A stretch of DNA of 64,000 nucleotides from Mobula hypostoma (taxonomy: Eukaryota): NCBI RefSeq assembly GCF_963921235.1, contig NC_086097.1, positions 228,720,001 to 228,784,000 of the forward strand. Reading direction: 5' to 3'. Below, piece after piece: positions 24,635 to 37,557 of the stretch. The number at the start of each line of letters is the position of its first letter. Within the stretch, counting starts at the first letter, position 1. The notes below the pieces were generated by a model, which was given only the letters and a program-made list of their open reading frames with translations, was not told the origin of the DNA and did not search any database. A program made the position numbers and the translations under genes.

Positions 24635-25512
24635 CAAGAATCAAGATTCAAAAAACTTTATTGTCATTCTAACCATACATCAGCTCTGCAGGGCAGCATG
24701 AGACAGCGTTTCCCAGGAGCAATGCAATCATAACATAACAAACGCAACACTAAATAATAAACATAACAATAAATAGTAAAACACAACAGCCACATGTCAG
24801 TTAAAATCAAGTTATAAGTGTCCAGTGCGAGTTAAAAGTGTCCAAAGCAGAGTCAGGTGGAGCAGCTATTTAGCAGTTTGACTGCCTGTGGGAGGAAGCT
24901 GTTTAGTAGCCTTGTGGTTTTAATTTTGATGCTCCTGTAAAGTTTGCCTGATGGCAGAAGAACAAACAGTTCATGGAGAGGATGTGAGGGGTCTTTAATG
25001 ATGTACCGTGTCTTCTGGAGACATCGACTCTGAAAGAGGTCTTGGACAGAAGGTAGGGAGACCCTAATAACCTTCTCTGCTCCCCTAACCACCCTCTGCA
25101 AGGCTTTTTTGTCGACAGCACTGCAGCTGGAGTACCAGGTTATGATGCTAAAGGTCAGCACACTCTCAACCATGCCTCTGTAGAATGTAGTTAAGATGTT
25201 AGTGGGGAGTGATGCTTGTTTAAGTTTCCTTAGGAAGTTCAATCTCTGCTGGGCCCATTTCACAATCCCAGTGGTGTTCCTGGACCAGGTGAGATTGTCC
25301 GAGATCTACACCCCAAGGAACTTGATGTTTTCCACTCTGTCCACTGCGGAGCCGCTGATGCTGAGGGGTGTGTCCTCAGGCTGAGACCGTCTGAAATCGT
25401 CGATCATCTTCCTGGTTTTGGTGACATTAAGCATCAATTTGTTATCACTGCACCAGCTCTCTAGGTGTTTGACTTTCTCCCTGTACATTGTTTCATCATT
25501 TTTGCTGATGAG
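24635..25512 (-). mobile_element. Rex1/Babar LINE 3' end, distinct subfamily
   Basis: ORFs 25306-25521 (LNVTKT..VENIKFLGV) and 24853-25263 (AQQRLNFLRKLK..DPSHPLH.LF.LLPSGK); tail AATAAAG..(TTGAATC)n. Confidence 0.92.
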
Positions 25513-25769
25513 CCCCACCACTGTGGTATCATCATACTCTAAATGTTATAAAACCAAAATTAATTTCTGTGTTTTTTCAAAAATTCCAATTGTTAATCTG
25601 TCTGCAGTGATTTTCTTGAAATGAGAGTTCACTAAGTTTGGGTGCAAAATAAAAGATAATTTAATTTATTAAAATTAATATTAAGCAGAGATGCGTCATG
25701 GGAGCATAGCAGTTAGCACAGCTACTTTACAGAACCAGCGATCGCTGATTGGTGTTCAATTCAAGTGCT

Positions 25770-26810
25770 AGTTTAAGTTTAACTTTATTATCATTCAGCC
25801 ATATAAATGTATGCCACCAAACGAAACATTCCTCCAGACCAAGGTGCACAACACAGCACATATAACTCACACACAAAACACATAAGGTAATATTGAGGTA
25901 GGGTGAGGGCCTCTGTCGGTCTGAGTCGATCATGGATATTGCTTCTAGATATGCAAGCCTGGGCAGTACGATACGGAGAGCTAGCTGTTGGCCGTGTAGC
26001 AATGCATCTGATGAACCCAAAGGAATGGTAGAGACCGATACAGTTTGGTACCAGCGGTACTGCAGGAGTTGCCAGTCAGCAATGAACTCAACTTAGGACT
26101 GGTTTAGGGACGCCAGCTCCTGATTTTTCCCTCGGGGTTTACTCCCAAAGCCTTCCCCATGAGTGGGTACAGCCACAGGGCAGCAGAAGTTTGAGGTAAG
26201 AGTTTTCCTTCTCCTAGGTGAGCTGCCAACCATGGCTGACGAGCCCTATCTGCCTAAAGCAACTGGTTTTAAGGCACCAGTAGCCCGCTTTTTCCCCTTT
26301 TCCTGTCAGTAGAAACCGTTCCGCTGGGCTTAGTACCTACGCCACACCTGAAGGCCAGGAGCTGGACTTGGTTGTCAGAGGCTATTTGAGACGCACGCCA
26401 CTGGGAGCATTTAATAGGTAGTGGGAGCTTGTCCCCATTACCAACCCCGGCTATAACAACCTGAAGGAACCTAAAATAATATTACCAACAAATAAATTAA
26501 CAAATAATAAAATATATTCCAGAAGATTAACATTTAGCACAAGGTGCACTTATGACACAAGTTAAAAATTAAACAGTTTAACGCTGCTGGTACTTCAAGC
26601 ATGATAAGACCAAGATGGTGGTAGGGAATTGAACAGTCTCACGCCATGAGGGAAGAAGCTGTTTCCCATCCTAACTGTCTTTGTCCTAGTGCTATGGTAC
26701 CTCGTGCCTGATTATACGGGGTCAAAGAGATTGTTGGATGGATGGGAGGGATCCTTGACAATGCTAAGGACCCTGTATATGCAGCATTCCCGATAAACAT
26801 CCCAGAAGGG
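25770..26810 (-). mobile_element. Rex1/Babar 3' fragment interrupted by an RTE derivative
   Basis: SIVKDPSHPSNNLFDP motif at 26715-26765; tail AATAAAGTTAAACTT near 25775. Confidence 0.75.
25901..26471 (-). mobile_element. Bipartite non-autonomous RTE derivative (RTE 5' UTR plus short 3' end)
   Basis: RTE 5' motif GGCAGCTCACCTAGGAGAAGGAAAACTCT; 3' end CCATGATCGACTCAGACCGACAGAGGCC; no ORF. Confidence 0.7.
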
Positions 26811-26834
26811 AGGAAAGAGGAATCCCAATGGTCC

Positions 26835-27095
26835 TCTCAGGATTCCCGCTGTTGTCCGTAAAGAGGACGTACATTTTCCCTGTGACACATGGGTCTCCTC
26901 CGGGTCCTTCATTTTCCTCCCACCTTCCAAAGATGTACATTAGGGCTTGGGCATGCTATGTTGGGTCCTGGTGAAGGATCTCGTCGATTGTTTACTCTTT
27001 TCCATAGATGCAGCCTGGCCTGCTGAGTTCCTCCAGCCTTCTGCCACATTTTACTGTATGTACCAATGTATATGTGACAAATAAATTTTACCTTT
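26835..27095 (+). mobile_element. V-type SINE (Y tail) with an embedded Penelope pLTR fragment (~26962-27045)
   Basis: V-domain TTTCCTCCCACCTTCCAAAGATGTAC; insert CCTGGTGAAGGATCTCG...GATGCAGCCTGGCCTGCTGAGTTCCTCCAGC; tail GTGACAAATAAA. Confidence 0.7.
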
Positions 27096-28673
27096 AATAC
27101 TGAAGGATTCTCAGCTACGGAAGTCTGCATTCTCCACTTTCTAACAACTAGTGAAAATTGTCAAATCGGGACATGGAAATCACAGGTCTCATAATCGGCA
27201 ATCCAAAGAGGCCCTATTTCTGTTGAGTCAAAAACGTGGCTGCTATTGACAATAGGGTCTGGTTAAAAGCCAGAGAATTAATTAATCTTAGTGGTTGGTG
27301 GGAGTTGCAACATCATTATGTTCCTTTTTTCCCATCCAGCCTGCCACTCCCATGCTGCAGGAGTCCTGCCCCACTGAGAATAGGATTCCAGCTGTTCCTA
27401 TGAACAGATGGGTCCTTTTGAAAAGTTCAGTGATTTAGAATTAGAACAAATCTCAAACTGCCTTTGTCAATGTTGCCACACAATGACAGAGAATCTCTGC
27501 TATTAACAAATTCAAATAATACAACTTGTTATTTGAATAGCAAATGATACCAACATAATTTGTTAACCTTAACACTCATCAAGCATACGCAAACATCGGC
27601 CAAGCACTAATGTGTTGAGTGTGTGCCTGAAATGTAAGAATCGTTTTACTCCACAGCTGAAAAAATCCAAGTCACCTGTGTAAAATCCAGACCATACTTT
27701 AGCAATAGCCTCCTAATGGTGCAAGACTTCTTCCTGAATGCTAAAAACCTGATAAACAGCAACAATTCCCTGATGGCAAAGGGGCTGATGAACAAAGGAA
27801 GAAGAATCTCTCAGCTCCTCCCATGTATTCAGATCTGTGCTAGGCAAAACAGCCCATTTTGTGAGTTGTTTTGCAGTATTAAATTATGACTAGAAAACCA
27901 AAGGCCACGAGAACCCCTGCAATTTTCTGCTCTGAGTATTAGAAAGTTAGTTTTATTTTGCTGCAGCAACTAATTTGTTCCCGATCTTACTTGGGATTTA
28001 TTTAACGCTTAATGAGAAGCCACTACTACCATCACCACATGTCAACTCTCAGACACACAGCTGACTTAATGATAGCTGTTTACATTAGTACCATTTTAAC
28101 CCCTTCTATCCAGCCTCCCTGACAGATATGACAGTCATAATGGGCATTAAAGAATCGGTAGAATGGTGCTCATTGAAGCTGTTGTTGGTTAAGTTCACAG
28201 GCAGGGTTTTGGGCAACAGTACAGGGGGTTAGAGGTCAGGTTAGGGTTAAGGGACAGGGATGGAGTGATTGAGCCATCAGTGTTCAAGTGTGACAGTCGA
28301 GGTGCAGAAGTTGGGGAGTCCAGAGGTCGACAGCTGGAAGTCAGGTTCCCGGAACGGTGAGTCCTGGGGTTGGGGGCCGGTGGTCAAAGTCCTGTGAAGT
28401 CCAGAGGTCAAAGCTGGAGCTCTACAAGTATGGAGATCGAAGCCCAAACATCAAAGAGCCAAAACCCGTGCATTAGCTTGTCTGGAGTTCGGAATCCCAA
28501 CGTCTGCGAGGCTGCAAGTCCAAGCCAGGAAGTGGAGGTTGAAGGTCTAATGTCTGAAAGTCTGAGAGTTTGAGGCCAAGGGCTGGAGGTCAGAAGCCCG
28601 AAGGTAGCCTGAGCTGGTGTTGGAGGCCTGCCTGTGTATGGATGGGCAAGAGGTTTGTCTTGCTTTTCATTAT

Positions 28674-28958
28674 CATGAGAAAGTTTGCGGATGCTGAAAA
28701 TCTAAAGCAACACAACAAAGCAACCCTCCTCGCCTTTCTCCTATGGTCCACTCTCCTCTCCTATCAGAGTCCTCCTTCTCCAGCCCTCGACCTTTCCCAC
28801 CCACCTGGCTTCACCCATCACCTTCCAGTTAGCCCCTTTCCCCTCCCCCACCTTTTTGTTCTCTCTTATTCCCCCTTCCTTCTCAGTCCTGAAGAAGGAC
28901 ATCGGCCAAAATATCGACTATATTCATTTACGTAGATGCTGCCTGACCCAGATGAGTT
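28674..28958 (+). mobile_element. Penelope-like fragment: inverted terminus (28674-28717) followed by direct 3' end with hammerhead remnant
   Basis: CAGTC-CTGAAGA-AGGACATCGGCC-AAAAT-ATC-GACT; GATGCTGCCTGACC. Confidence 0.75.
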
Positions 28959-29004
28959 GTGTGTGTGTGTGTGTGTGTGAGTGTGTGTGTGTGTGTGTGT
29001 GTGT
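28959..29004 (+). repeat. (TG)n microsatellite, one interruption
   Basis: Seen directly. Confidence 0.95.
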
Positions 29005-29261
29005 TATTTTGCTTTTGTTGTTTTGTTGTTGTGGTTTTTGCTTGTGTTGTTCTGCTGAACGCTGTGGGTAAGCTATGTTGGTGCCAGAATGTGTAGCAAC
29101 ACTTGCAGGCTGTCCCTGGCACATATGTAGGCATTGTTGGCCGTTCCCACAGACTATGCATTTCACTCTATGTTTAGATATACACGTGATAAATAAATTA
29201 ATGTGAATCTGTGCTTTATGTGTGGTCTGCCCCATTTCAACAGGTGATCACTGGAAATTCC

Positions 29262-29430
29262 GAATCAGAATCAGGTTTATTATTGCTGACATATGTCGAG
29301 AAATTTATTGTTCTGTAGAAAGACATAAAAAATATAAGTTACACCGGATACAAACAAATAGTGCAAAAGAAGAGTAATGAAGCAGAGGTCTTGCCTTCAC
29401 GGGTCATTCAGAGACCTAACCGCAGAGAAT
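29262..29430 (-). mobile_element. Rex1 3' tail fragment
   Basis: GAATCAGAATCAGGTTTATT is the reverse complement of the AATAAACCTGATTCTGATTC tail. Confidence 0.7.
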
Positions 29431-29849
29431 GCGCTACACTGTACATTGATAGAGTTCAGAGTTCATTTGTTCAAGTTACTGAAACAGCTCTTAATGGAGG
29501 TCTTCCAGGAAGATTCAGGCAGTGATTAGAGACTCACTATAAAGTATAGATGGGGTGCGACTTACAAACCATAAGAGTGGCGTCGTCTATTGTATCGGTC
29601 ATTAATAAATTAGCTCATTGTAAGCATAAATGCAGGAAGCAAAATGGAGGGCGGCAGACATGACTTCTTGCAAAAATAAATCAGGATTGCCCCAGAAATT
29701 GTTGCATTCAATATGACACTTGTCTGTGGCATCACTCGTTACCTCTCTGCACACTAATATTACTTTCAGAGTAATCAGAGCATCACAGGAGCAGCAGAAA
29801 GCCACTCGAAGCCTCTTGCCTACAATGCCACAAAATGAATTCACACTTT

Positions 29850-30165
29850 CATTCACTTATCAGATTCTTCCTTCTTCAGCCCTTTACCTTTACCACCTAT
29901 CATTTCCCAGCTTTTCACTTCATCCCCCCTCCTCTACCCACCCCTAACCTGCCTTCACCTATCACCTGCCAACATGTATTCCTTCCCCTCCTCCCACCTT
30001 CTTATTCTGGTTTATTCCCCTTCCTTTCCAGCCCTGATGAAGGCTCTTGGCCCAAAAAATCGGCTGTTTATTCCTCTCCCCAGACGCTGCCTGACATGCT
30101 GAGTTCCTCTGGCATTTTGTGTGTGTAACTGGATTTCTACCATTTGCAGAATCCCTTGTGCTTAT
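29850..30165 (+). mobile_element. Penelope-like 3' end/pLTR with hammerhead remnant
   Basis: CAGCC-CTGATGA-AGGCTCTTGGCCC-AAAAA-ATC-GGCTG at ~30029-30066; ends CATTTGCAGAATCCCTTGTG. Confidence 0.8.
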
Positions 30166-30989
30166 GAATTCACACAATCAATTATACTACTGTATAATTA
30201 CAGTAAAACACACACAATTAACTACTCTGTTAGTGCCTTCTTACATGTGGGTAGTTTTGTGAGTCTCCAACACAAAATATTACAAACATTTCCAACAAGG
30301 ATTTGTTTAATCATGTTAGTTTGAAATTGCTTCATTCTTTAAGATGTTACAAATCCTATTTTTAGGATTTTTAGAATGTTCACAGCCAAACAAAACATTG
30401 GCAACCAAAAAAAAATCCACTTGCTTCTCCGTGCTTCCTTATTTTCAATGTTAAGTTATGTTTATAAGATTGCTTATTATGTTAGGATTGATCATTTTCA
30501 TTTCTGGAGTCTTCTTGGTGATGTGTAAACTCTTTTTCCATGAATTGTTATAGGAAGACAAATCTGAGAATCTAAGTCAAATCCATTCAAGAAGGTAGAG
30601 GTTGGTGGGATCTTGTCCATTAAAAGAATCGTCTATTTGTAGGAAAAAGGAAGAAAATATAGTTGATATGTAAGCTGAACCATAGATTTATTGCATGGAA
30701 ATGTGGACTAGAGTAGTGACTTGTTCCACTCCTGTGATCAAATGGTAATATTTACTTGTAGACAGATGGCAATAAAGATCATATTCATTGCAACAATACC
30801 ATGAAGTAATTTAAACAGGTAGAATACTTTACACATTCTAAGTGACAAAGCTAAATTTCAATGATTTGGGTTTAGGGGATAGATGGAGATGCTTCTGGCC
30901 ACTGGACTCAATATCTAATGAAGCTACTGTATATCATAAAAATCCACAATAATTCAAACTCACTTGATTGAATTGTCTCACTAATACTG

Positions 30990-32965
30990 GACTCAAAGTT
31001 CAAAGTTCTAAGTAAACTTATTATCAAAGTAGATATAGGTCACCATATGCAACCCTGAGATTTGTTTTCTTGCTGGCATTCACGAGAAACCTAATAGAGT
31101 CAATGAAAGACCACGCCAAACAGGACAAACAACATATAAATGACAAAAATAAATAAATAAGCAATAAATACCAAGAACACGAAATGAAGAGTCCTTGAAA
31201 TGGAATCTTAGTTTATGGGAACAGTTCAGTGATGGGGCAAGTAAAATTGAGTGAACATATCCCCACTGGTTCAAGAGCCTGATGGTTAAGGGGTAATGAC
31301 TGCTCCTGAATCTGGTGGCGTGGGTCCTGAGACTCCTGCACCTTCTACCTGATGGCAGCAGCGAGAAGAGATCATGACCACAGGTGGTGGGAGTCCTTGA
31401 TGATGGACGCTGCATTCCTGCAACAGCGCCCCGTGTACATATGCTCAATGGTGGAGAGAGCTTTACTTGTGATGGACTGGGCCGTATCCACTAATTTTTG
31501 AAGAATGTTCCATTCAAGGACATTGGTGTTTCCATACCAGGTTGTGATGCAACCAGTCAATACACTCTGGACCACACATGTATAGAAGTTTGTCAAAGTA
31601 TTTTATATGCATGCCGAACCTTCGCAAACTTCTAAGGAAGTAGAGGTCCTTCTGTGCTTTCTTCAAAATTGCACTTATGTGCTGGGCCCAGGACAGATCC
31701 TCTGAAATGGTAGCACCAAGAAATTTAAGTTGCTGACCCTCTCCACCTCTGATCCCCTGATGAGGACTGGCTCATGGACCTCTGATTTTCTCCTCCTGAA
31801 GTCAATAATCACCTCCTTGGTCTTGCTGATATTGAGTGAGAGGTTGTTACTGTAGCACCACTCCACCAGATTTTCAGTCACCCTTCTACAGTAAATGCTG
31901 ATTCATCATCACCTTTGAATCGGACAACAACAGTGGTGTCGTCAGCAAAATTAACTGTCTGTATTTAGCCTCACAGTCATAAGTATAAAGGGGGCTCAAC
32001 ACACAGACTTGTGGTGCACCTGTTCTGATGGAGATTGTGGAAGAGATGTTACCAATTTGAACTGACTGAGGTCTGCAAGTGAGGAAATCAAGGATCCAAT
32101 TACACAAAGAGGCATTGAGGCCAAGGTCTTGAAGTTTAATGATGAGTTTTGAGGGGATGATCGTCTTGAATGCCAAGATGTAGTTGATAAAGAGCATCCT
32201 GATGTAAGCACCTTCACTGCTCCGATGTTCCAAGGTTGAGTGGAGAGCCAATGGAATGGCATACGCTGTGGACCTGTTGTGCCAGTAGACAAATTGGAAC
32301 AGATCCAAGTTGCTTCTCTGGAAAGAGTTGATATATTTCATCACCAACCTCTCTTGGCATTTCATTACAGTGGATTTCAGTGTTACTGGATGATAGTCAT
32401 TGAGGGAGATTACCGTGTTCTTCTTAGGCGCCAGTATAATTGAAGCCTGCTTGAAGCAGCTGGGTACCTCAGACAACCAGGACAAGAGGTTAAAGACATC
32501 AGTGAGCACTCCAGCCAATTGATCTGCACAGGTCTTTAGTACTCAGCCAAGAACCCTGTCTGGGCCAGATTCTTTCCATGGGTTCACCATCCTTAAGGAT
32601 GTTCTTATGTCAGCCTCAGAGACTGAAATCACAAGGTCTCGGGGAGACGGTGGGAGGATGTGAGGCTCCTCCATGTTTTGACCTTCAAAGAGAGCACAGA
32701 ATACATTGAGCTCATCTGGGAGTGAAGCCTTATTGTCACCTCTGTCACTTGGTTTCATTTTGTAGGAGGTGATAGCATTCAAGCCCTGCCACATCTTCCG
32801 AGCATCCTTCAGTGATTCAAGTGTGATCCAGAATTGCCACTTTGCATGTGAGATGGCTTTCCAGAAAATCGTACTTGGACCTCTTGTATTTTAATCGGTT
32901 GCCAGACCTAAATGTTATTGATCTGGCCCACGGCAGGTTGCAGATCTGATGGTTCACCAGGACCG
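30990..32965 (-). mobile_element. Rex1/Babar LINE (RT to 3' end), frameshifted
   Basis: [64 protein letters not shown]. Confidence 0.93.
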
Positions 32966-33359
32966 TCCAGTCTTGAGCCCCGTCTATCCTGCTGTTGGTA
33001 AAATGTAGAGGAAGTACAGATCAAATCCACAAAGTCAACCCTCTCTTGCAGCCTCCACCACCAAAGAGACAAGGGTGGAAATTCGTTGGCAATCTGCTAT
33101 AATGAAATTCCCTTCTAAATCACAAACCAGCCTGATCTGGACAAAAAATATATTTTACTTTTTCTTGGTTTGATCAGTATCCATGAATTCTTATCAGATC
33201 AACTACAAATAAAACTATCATCATAGATTAAACACTGTCAGCATTTTAGAAATGCATCGTCACAACTAGGATTGGGGCAGTTCTCAGAGGAAGCCAAATC
33301 CCAGCCATCAAAATGGCTTCCAACATATCCTTGGAATTTATTACTTACATCCTTCAAAT

Positions 33360-35035
33360 CTATGAGGAGTAAAAATCTTTACGTTATGTCTCCATTCAAA
33401 TGTGCAATATGCAATTTGAGTAATTTATAATAAATATTATGTACAACAGGATAGTCAATATAAAATAGAATTACAGTAACATCAGCATGAATTAAGCAGT
33501 CTGATGGCCTGGTGGAAGAAGCTGTCCCGGAGCCTGTTGGCCCTGGCTTTTATGCTGCAGGACCGTTTCCCAGATGGTAGCAGCTGGAACAGTTTGTGGT
33601 TGGGGTGACTCGTGTCCCCAATGATCCTTCAGACCCTTTTGACACATCTGTCTTTGTAAATGTCCTAAATAGTGGGAAGTTCACATCTACAGATGCGCTG
33701 GGCTGTCCGCACCACTTTCTGCAGAGTCCTGCGATTGAGGAAAGTACAGTTCCCATACCAGGTAGTGATGCAGCCAGTCAGGATGCTCTCAATTGTGCCT
33801 CTATAGAAAGTTCTTCAGATCTGAGTGGCCATACCAAACTTCTTCAACCATCTGAGGTGGAAGAGGCGCTGTTTTGCCTTTTTCACCACGCAGCCAGTAT
33901 GTACAGACCACGTGAGATCCTCAGTGATATTTATGCCGAGGAACTTAAAGGTGTTCACCTTCTCAACCCCAGATCCATTGATGGTTTCTATAGGGGTTAG
34001 CCTGTCTCCATTCTTCCTGTTGTCCACAACCAGCTCCTTTGGTTTTGCGACATTGAGGGAGAGGTTGTTTTCTTGACACCACTGTGTCAGGGTGATGACT
34101 TCCTCTCTGTAGGCTGCCTCATTATTATTTGAGATTAGTCCAATCAAAGTAGTATCGTCAGCAAATTTAATTAGCAGATTGGAGCTGTGGGTGGTGACAC
34201 AGTCATGGGTATACAGAGAGTAAAGGTGAAGGCTTAGTACACAACCCTGAGGACGACCTGTGTTGAGGGTCAGAGGGGCAGAGGCGAGGGAACCCACTCA
34301 TACCACCTGCCAGCGATCTGACAGGAAGTCCAGGATCCAGTTGCACAAGGCAGGATGAAGGCTGAGGTCACTGAGATTCTTGTCGAGCCTGGAGGAAATT
34401 ATGGTGTTTAATGCTAAACTGTAGTCCAAGAACAGTATTCTCACATAAGCATCCCTCTTCTCCAGATGTGTAAGGACGGTGTATAGAGCTGTGGCTATTG
34501 TGTCATCTGTCGACCGGTTGTGTCGGGAGGCTAATTGTAAGGGGTCCAGTGTGGGTGGTAGCATGCTGCAGATGTAGTCCTTAACCAGCATTTCAAAGCA
34601 TTTGCTTATTCTTGGGGTGAGTGTAACAGGACACCAGTCGTTCAGGCATGTTACCTTGGTCTTTTTTGGTATAGGGACAATGGTGGATGTTTTGAAGCAG
34701 GAGGGCACTCTTCACTGGGAGAGGGAGAGGTTAAAAATATCTGTAAACACAACTGCTAGTTGCGCCATGCTCATCCTGAGCACTCGTCCTGGGATGCCAT
34801 CTGGTCCCGCAGCCTTGGGACTGTCCACTCATTGGAAACACCTGCATACTTCAGCCTCAGAGATGACCACACTGCCGGTTGCATCATCTGCAGGTCTCCT
34901 CAGGGGCTCAGTATTGGCGACATGGAATCGGGCATGAAAAAGATTTAGTTTGTCTGGGAGAGAAGCATCGATACTGGAAACTCCACCGTGTTTAGCTTTG
35001 AAATCTGCGATGGTGTGCAGACTTTGCCATAAGCT
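33360..35035 (-). mobile_element. Rex1/Babar LINE (RT to 3' end)
   Basis: ORFs 34298-34708 and 33815-34297 with PQGCVLS..LYSLYTHDC..KFADDTT. Confidence 0.95.
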
Positions 35036-35204
35036 GTGTGTGAAGAGACGAATTGGATCCACTCATCGCAAGAACAAAACAACAAAAAAAAAAATCCTTG
35101 TTTGCTTCATGGTAATTTTTATATCAGCATTGAAACAATGGGAACAGGATCTGCACATAATTCCCTGGTAATACTGAGAATTATTTTGTAAATAAGGAAA
35201 CAGA

Positions 35205-35425
35205 TGTAGGGTGGTAAGGGTGATGAATCTGTGGAATTCTTTGACCTAGAGGGTTGTGGAAGCCAAGTCATTGTGTGCAGTTAAGACAGAGATTGATAGA
35301 TTATTGGTTAGTAAAGGTGTTAAGAGTTACAGAGGGAAGATGGGAAAATGGGGTTAAAAGTATTAAAAAGTAGATTCAATGGCAGAGTATTCTCAATGGG
35401 CCAAATGGCTTAATTCTGCTCCCAA
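35205..35425 (+). mobile_element. CR1 3' fragment
   Basis: GAATCTGTGGAATTCTTTG...GGGCCAAATGGCTTAATTCTGCTCC. Confidence 0.8.
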
Positions 35426-35434
35426 GACAATCAG

Positions 35435-35665
35435 CCGTGGCTTGCTTAGCTGGCTCACTTTATAGAGTGAGAGAGGGAGAAAGAGAGACCTATAAAGAAG
35501 AAAATTCTATATTGAGTCTCCAGTACAATGCAAAGGGGGTGATACATTGTAAGTGATTCTGACTTCTGCAGGAAATGAGGCACAAACACCCCATGGCATG
35601 ATTTCTCTATAGAGCAGATAAATTTATCCCTAGAGTCCTGACCAAGGCTGATCCCTCAATCAGTC
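35435..35665 (+). mobile_element. Deu-domain SINE remnant
   Basis: CCCATGGCA..ATT...AGAGCAG...TCCTGACCAA..TGATCCCTCAATCA resembles the remembered Deu core (GATCCCATGGCACTATT..GAGCAG..TCCTGGCCAATATTTATCCCTCAACC). Confidence 0.5.
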
Positions 35666-37557
35666 TATAAATAACATTTTCTGTCTTGAATAGGTTTCCA
35701 CTGATCCTTGGAGCAACTGGAAAAGTAAATATGCATTATACAAGTACACATCAATTGTTAAGTATGGGCAACAAAATGTATTTGATTGCTTTTGTATTTC
35801 TACTGATTTAAAATTATTATCTTTATCTTTTTCTTGGACTTTATTTCTCCAGGATATTTTAATCATGTGAGTGAATAGCTTTTTGTTATATTTTTGTTTA
35901 ATTTTTTTTGTTATTCATGATTTTCATGCTTCACAGTATTCCTCGGAAGGTCATTATATAAAAACATAAGAACCTCCAAATAAAAATAATGGTGATTTAT
36001 TGAACTATATTTATTCAGATAATAATGTGTGAAATGAAAGCTCTTTAAATTTATGATTTCTCAATACAGTTTATGATTGTGCAACAATTACCTCCAAATT
36101 CTTTATACCATATCTGCACATTTGTAATGCCTTGCTTATGAGCTGCTGCTCATCAGCCAATAAAGTTGGGGCGGATTCTCAGGGGATATTGCTCCTAAGT
36201 GCTCTGTCAGAAGTCTAACCATCAATCCTGAGATGTTGCATTCAATAGTCATAAGTTTACCACTGATTAAACACGGCTTCAGTTTCAGACGCCAATTGAA
36301 AAGCAGCAGCAAAAATCATTGTTACGTAGCTGTGCTCATTGTTTTGAAAATTATTTTATTGAACTATGTGACTAGTTTTATGATTATAAAAATTCTCCTT
36401 CTCAGTAGAGTGAAGATGTCTTAAATAGCTGTGCTGATTTCTGCAGCAAACCACTCACAGGCTTGATATGCACGGATCAGTGAATATTCAATTGATACCT
36501 CCACTTGGGATTTATGGCAATGAAGCTGAATTTGAAATATTGTGAAATAATCCTGCCCTCACTTTCACCTGAGCCTCACTAACAAAGCACGGTCTTCAGA
36601 TACCAATTAGTTTTTTTTATCAAAAGTGAAATACTGAAAATCTGAAACACCTAATGCTGGAAAAACACTGGTAGTCAGTTCTCCCACAGCTTCCTTTTAA
36701 TCAATATTTCGCATCTCATTTTCATTGCCTGAGCTAAAATTGGCAAGCCTTCGGGTTTACTGTGGCATTCTTATATCTGAGTCAGAGGGAAGAAGTTGAA
36801 ACCTTGCACTGATAGGCAGAGAGCCACAGGCTATGTATCCAGTAGACGTGGGCACCTCCTCTCACTGTGGCACATGGGAGTCCATAAAATCATCGCACCA
36901 TGTCGAGTTATCACTCTGGTTATCAGCCTTCTGCTTTTATAGGTCAACTTCAATATGAAAAGCTAAACACAATCTGTGCTGTTTCACTTTTCAATGCATT
37001 TTTGCACAAGGTGATTTTATCAAGTCTTCAATTATTGGATTAATGATTACTTAATGTTTTTTCTATTTCTTCAATCTACCTAATCCATACAATCAATCAC
37101 TCAAATCAGTACATCAGAAAAAGTCCCATCATTCAATTCAAGTTTAATTGTCGTTCAACCACACATGAATACAACCAAGAGAAACAATCTTACTCCAGGG
37201 TCAAGGTGCAAAACACTGTACCAACAGTCACACACAGCACAACGCGCACACAGAATAGCAAGTGCAAATGCTGTCACAATCATGCAATAAAAGAGTCAAA
37301 AATTCGCGCCATCAATGTACAGTGGGACCACAACAGAGCTTGTCCTCCACTGAGTGAACACTGGGGGGGTGGGGGGTGGGGGGCAGTGTCGGGCAGCACT
37401 GACTCTAGCCTGAACACCATACATTCTGCCCTCAGTGGAGCACACCAGCTCCAATGACCCTCCCAGGTGGCACTGTGGCCCAAGACCCAGTCCCCGCACA
37501 CACAAGACAACAAACACATACAGAATTGCAGTAAAATACAACCACACAACATATATA

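Larger units (their letters stand above)
28290..29211 (+). mobile_element. Non-autonomous retroelement 'Y' with a nested Penelope fragment
   Basis: Loosely repetitive AGTCC/GAGGTC-rich body; 3' module GCTATGTTGGTGCCAG..ACACTTGCAGGCTG..CATTTCACTCTATGTTT..AATAAA. Confidence 0.65.

Noticed and set aside
36155..36180. CCAAT next to a GGGGCGG box
   Set aside because: Two short motifs in AT-rich DNA without other promoter features; expected by chance.
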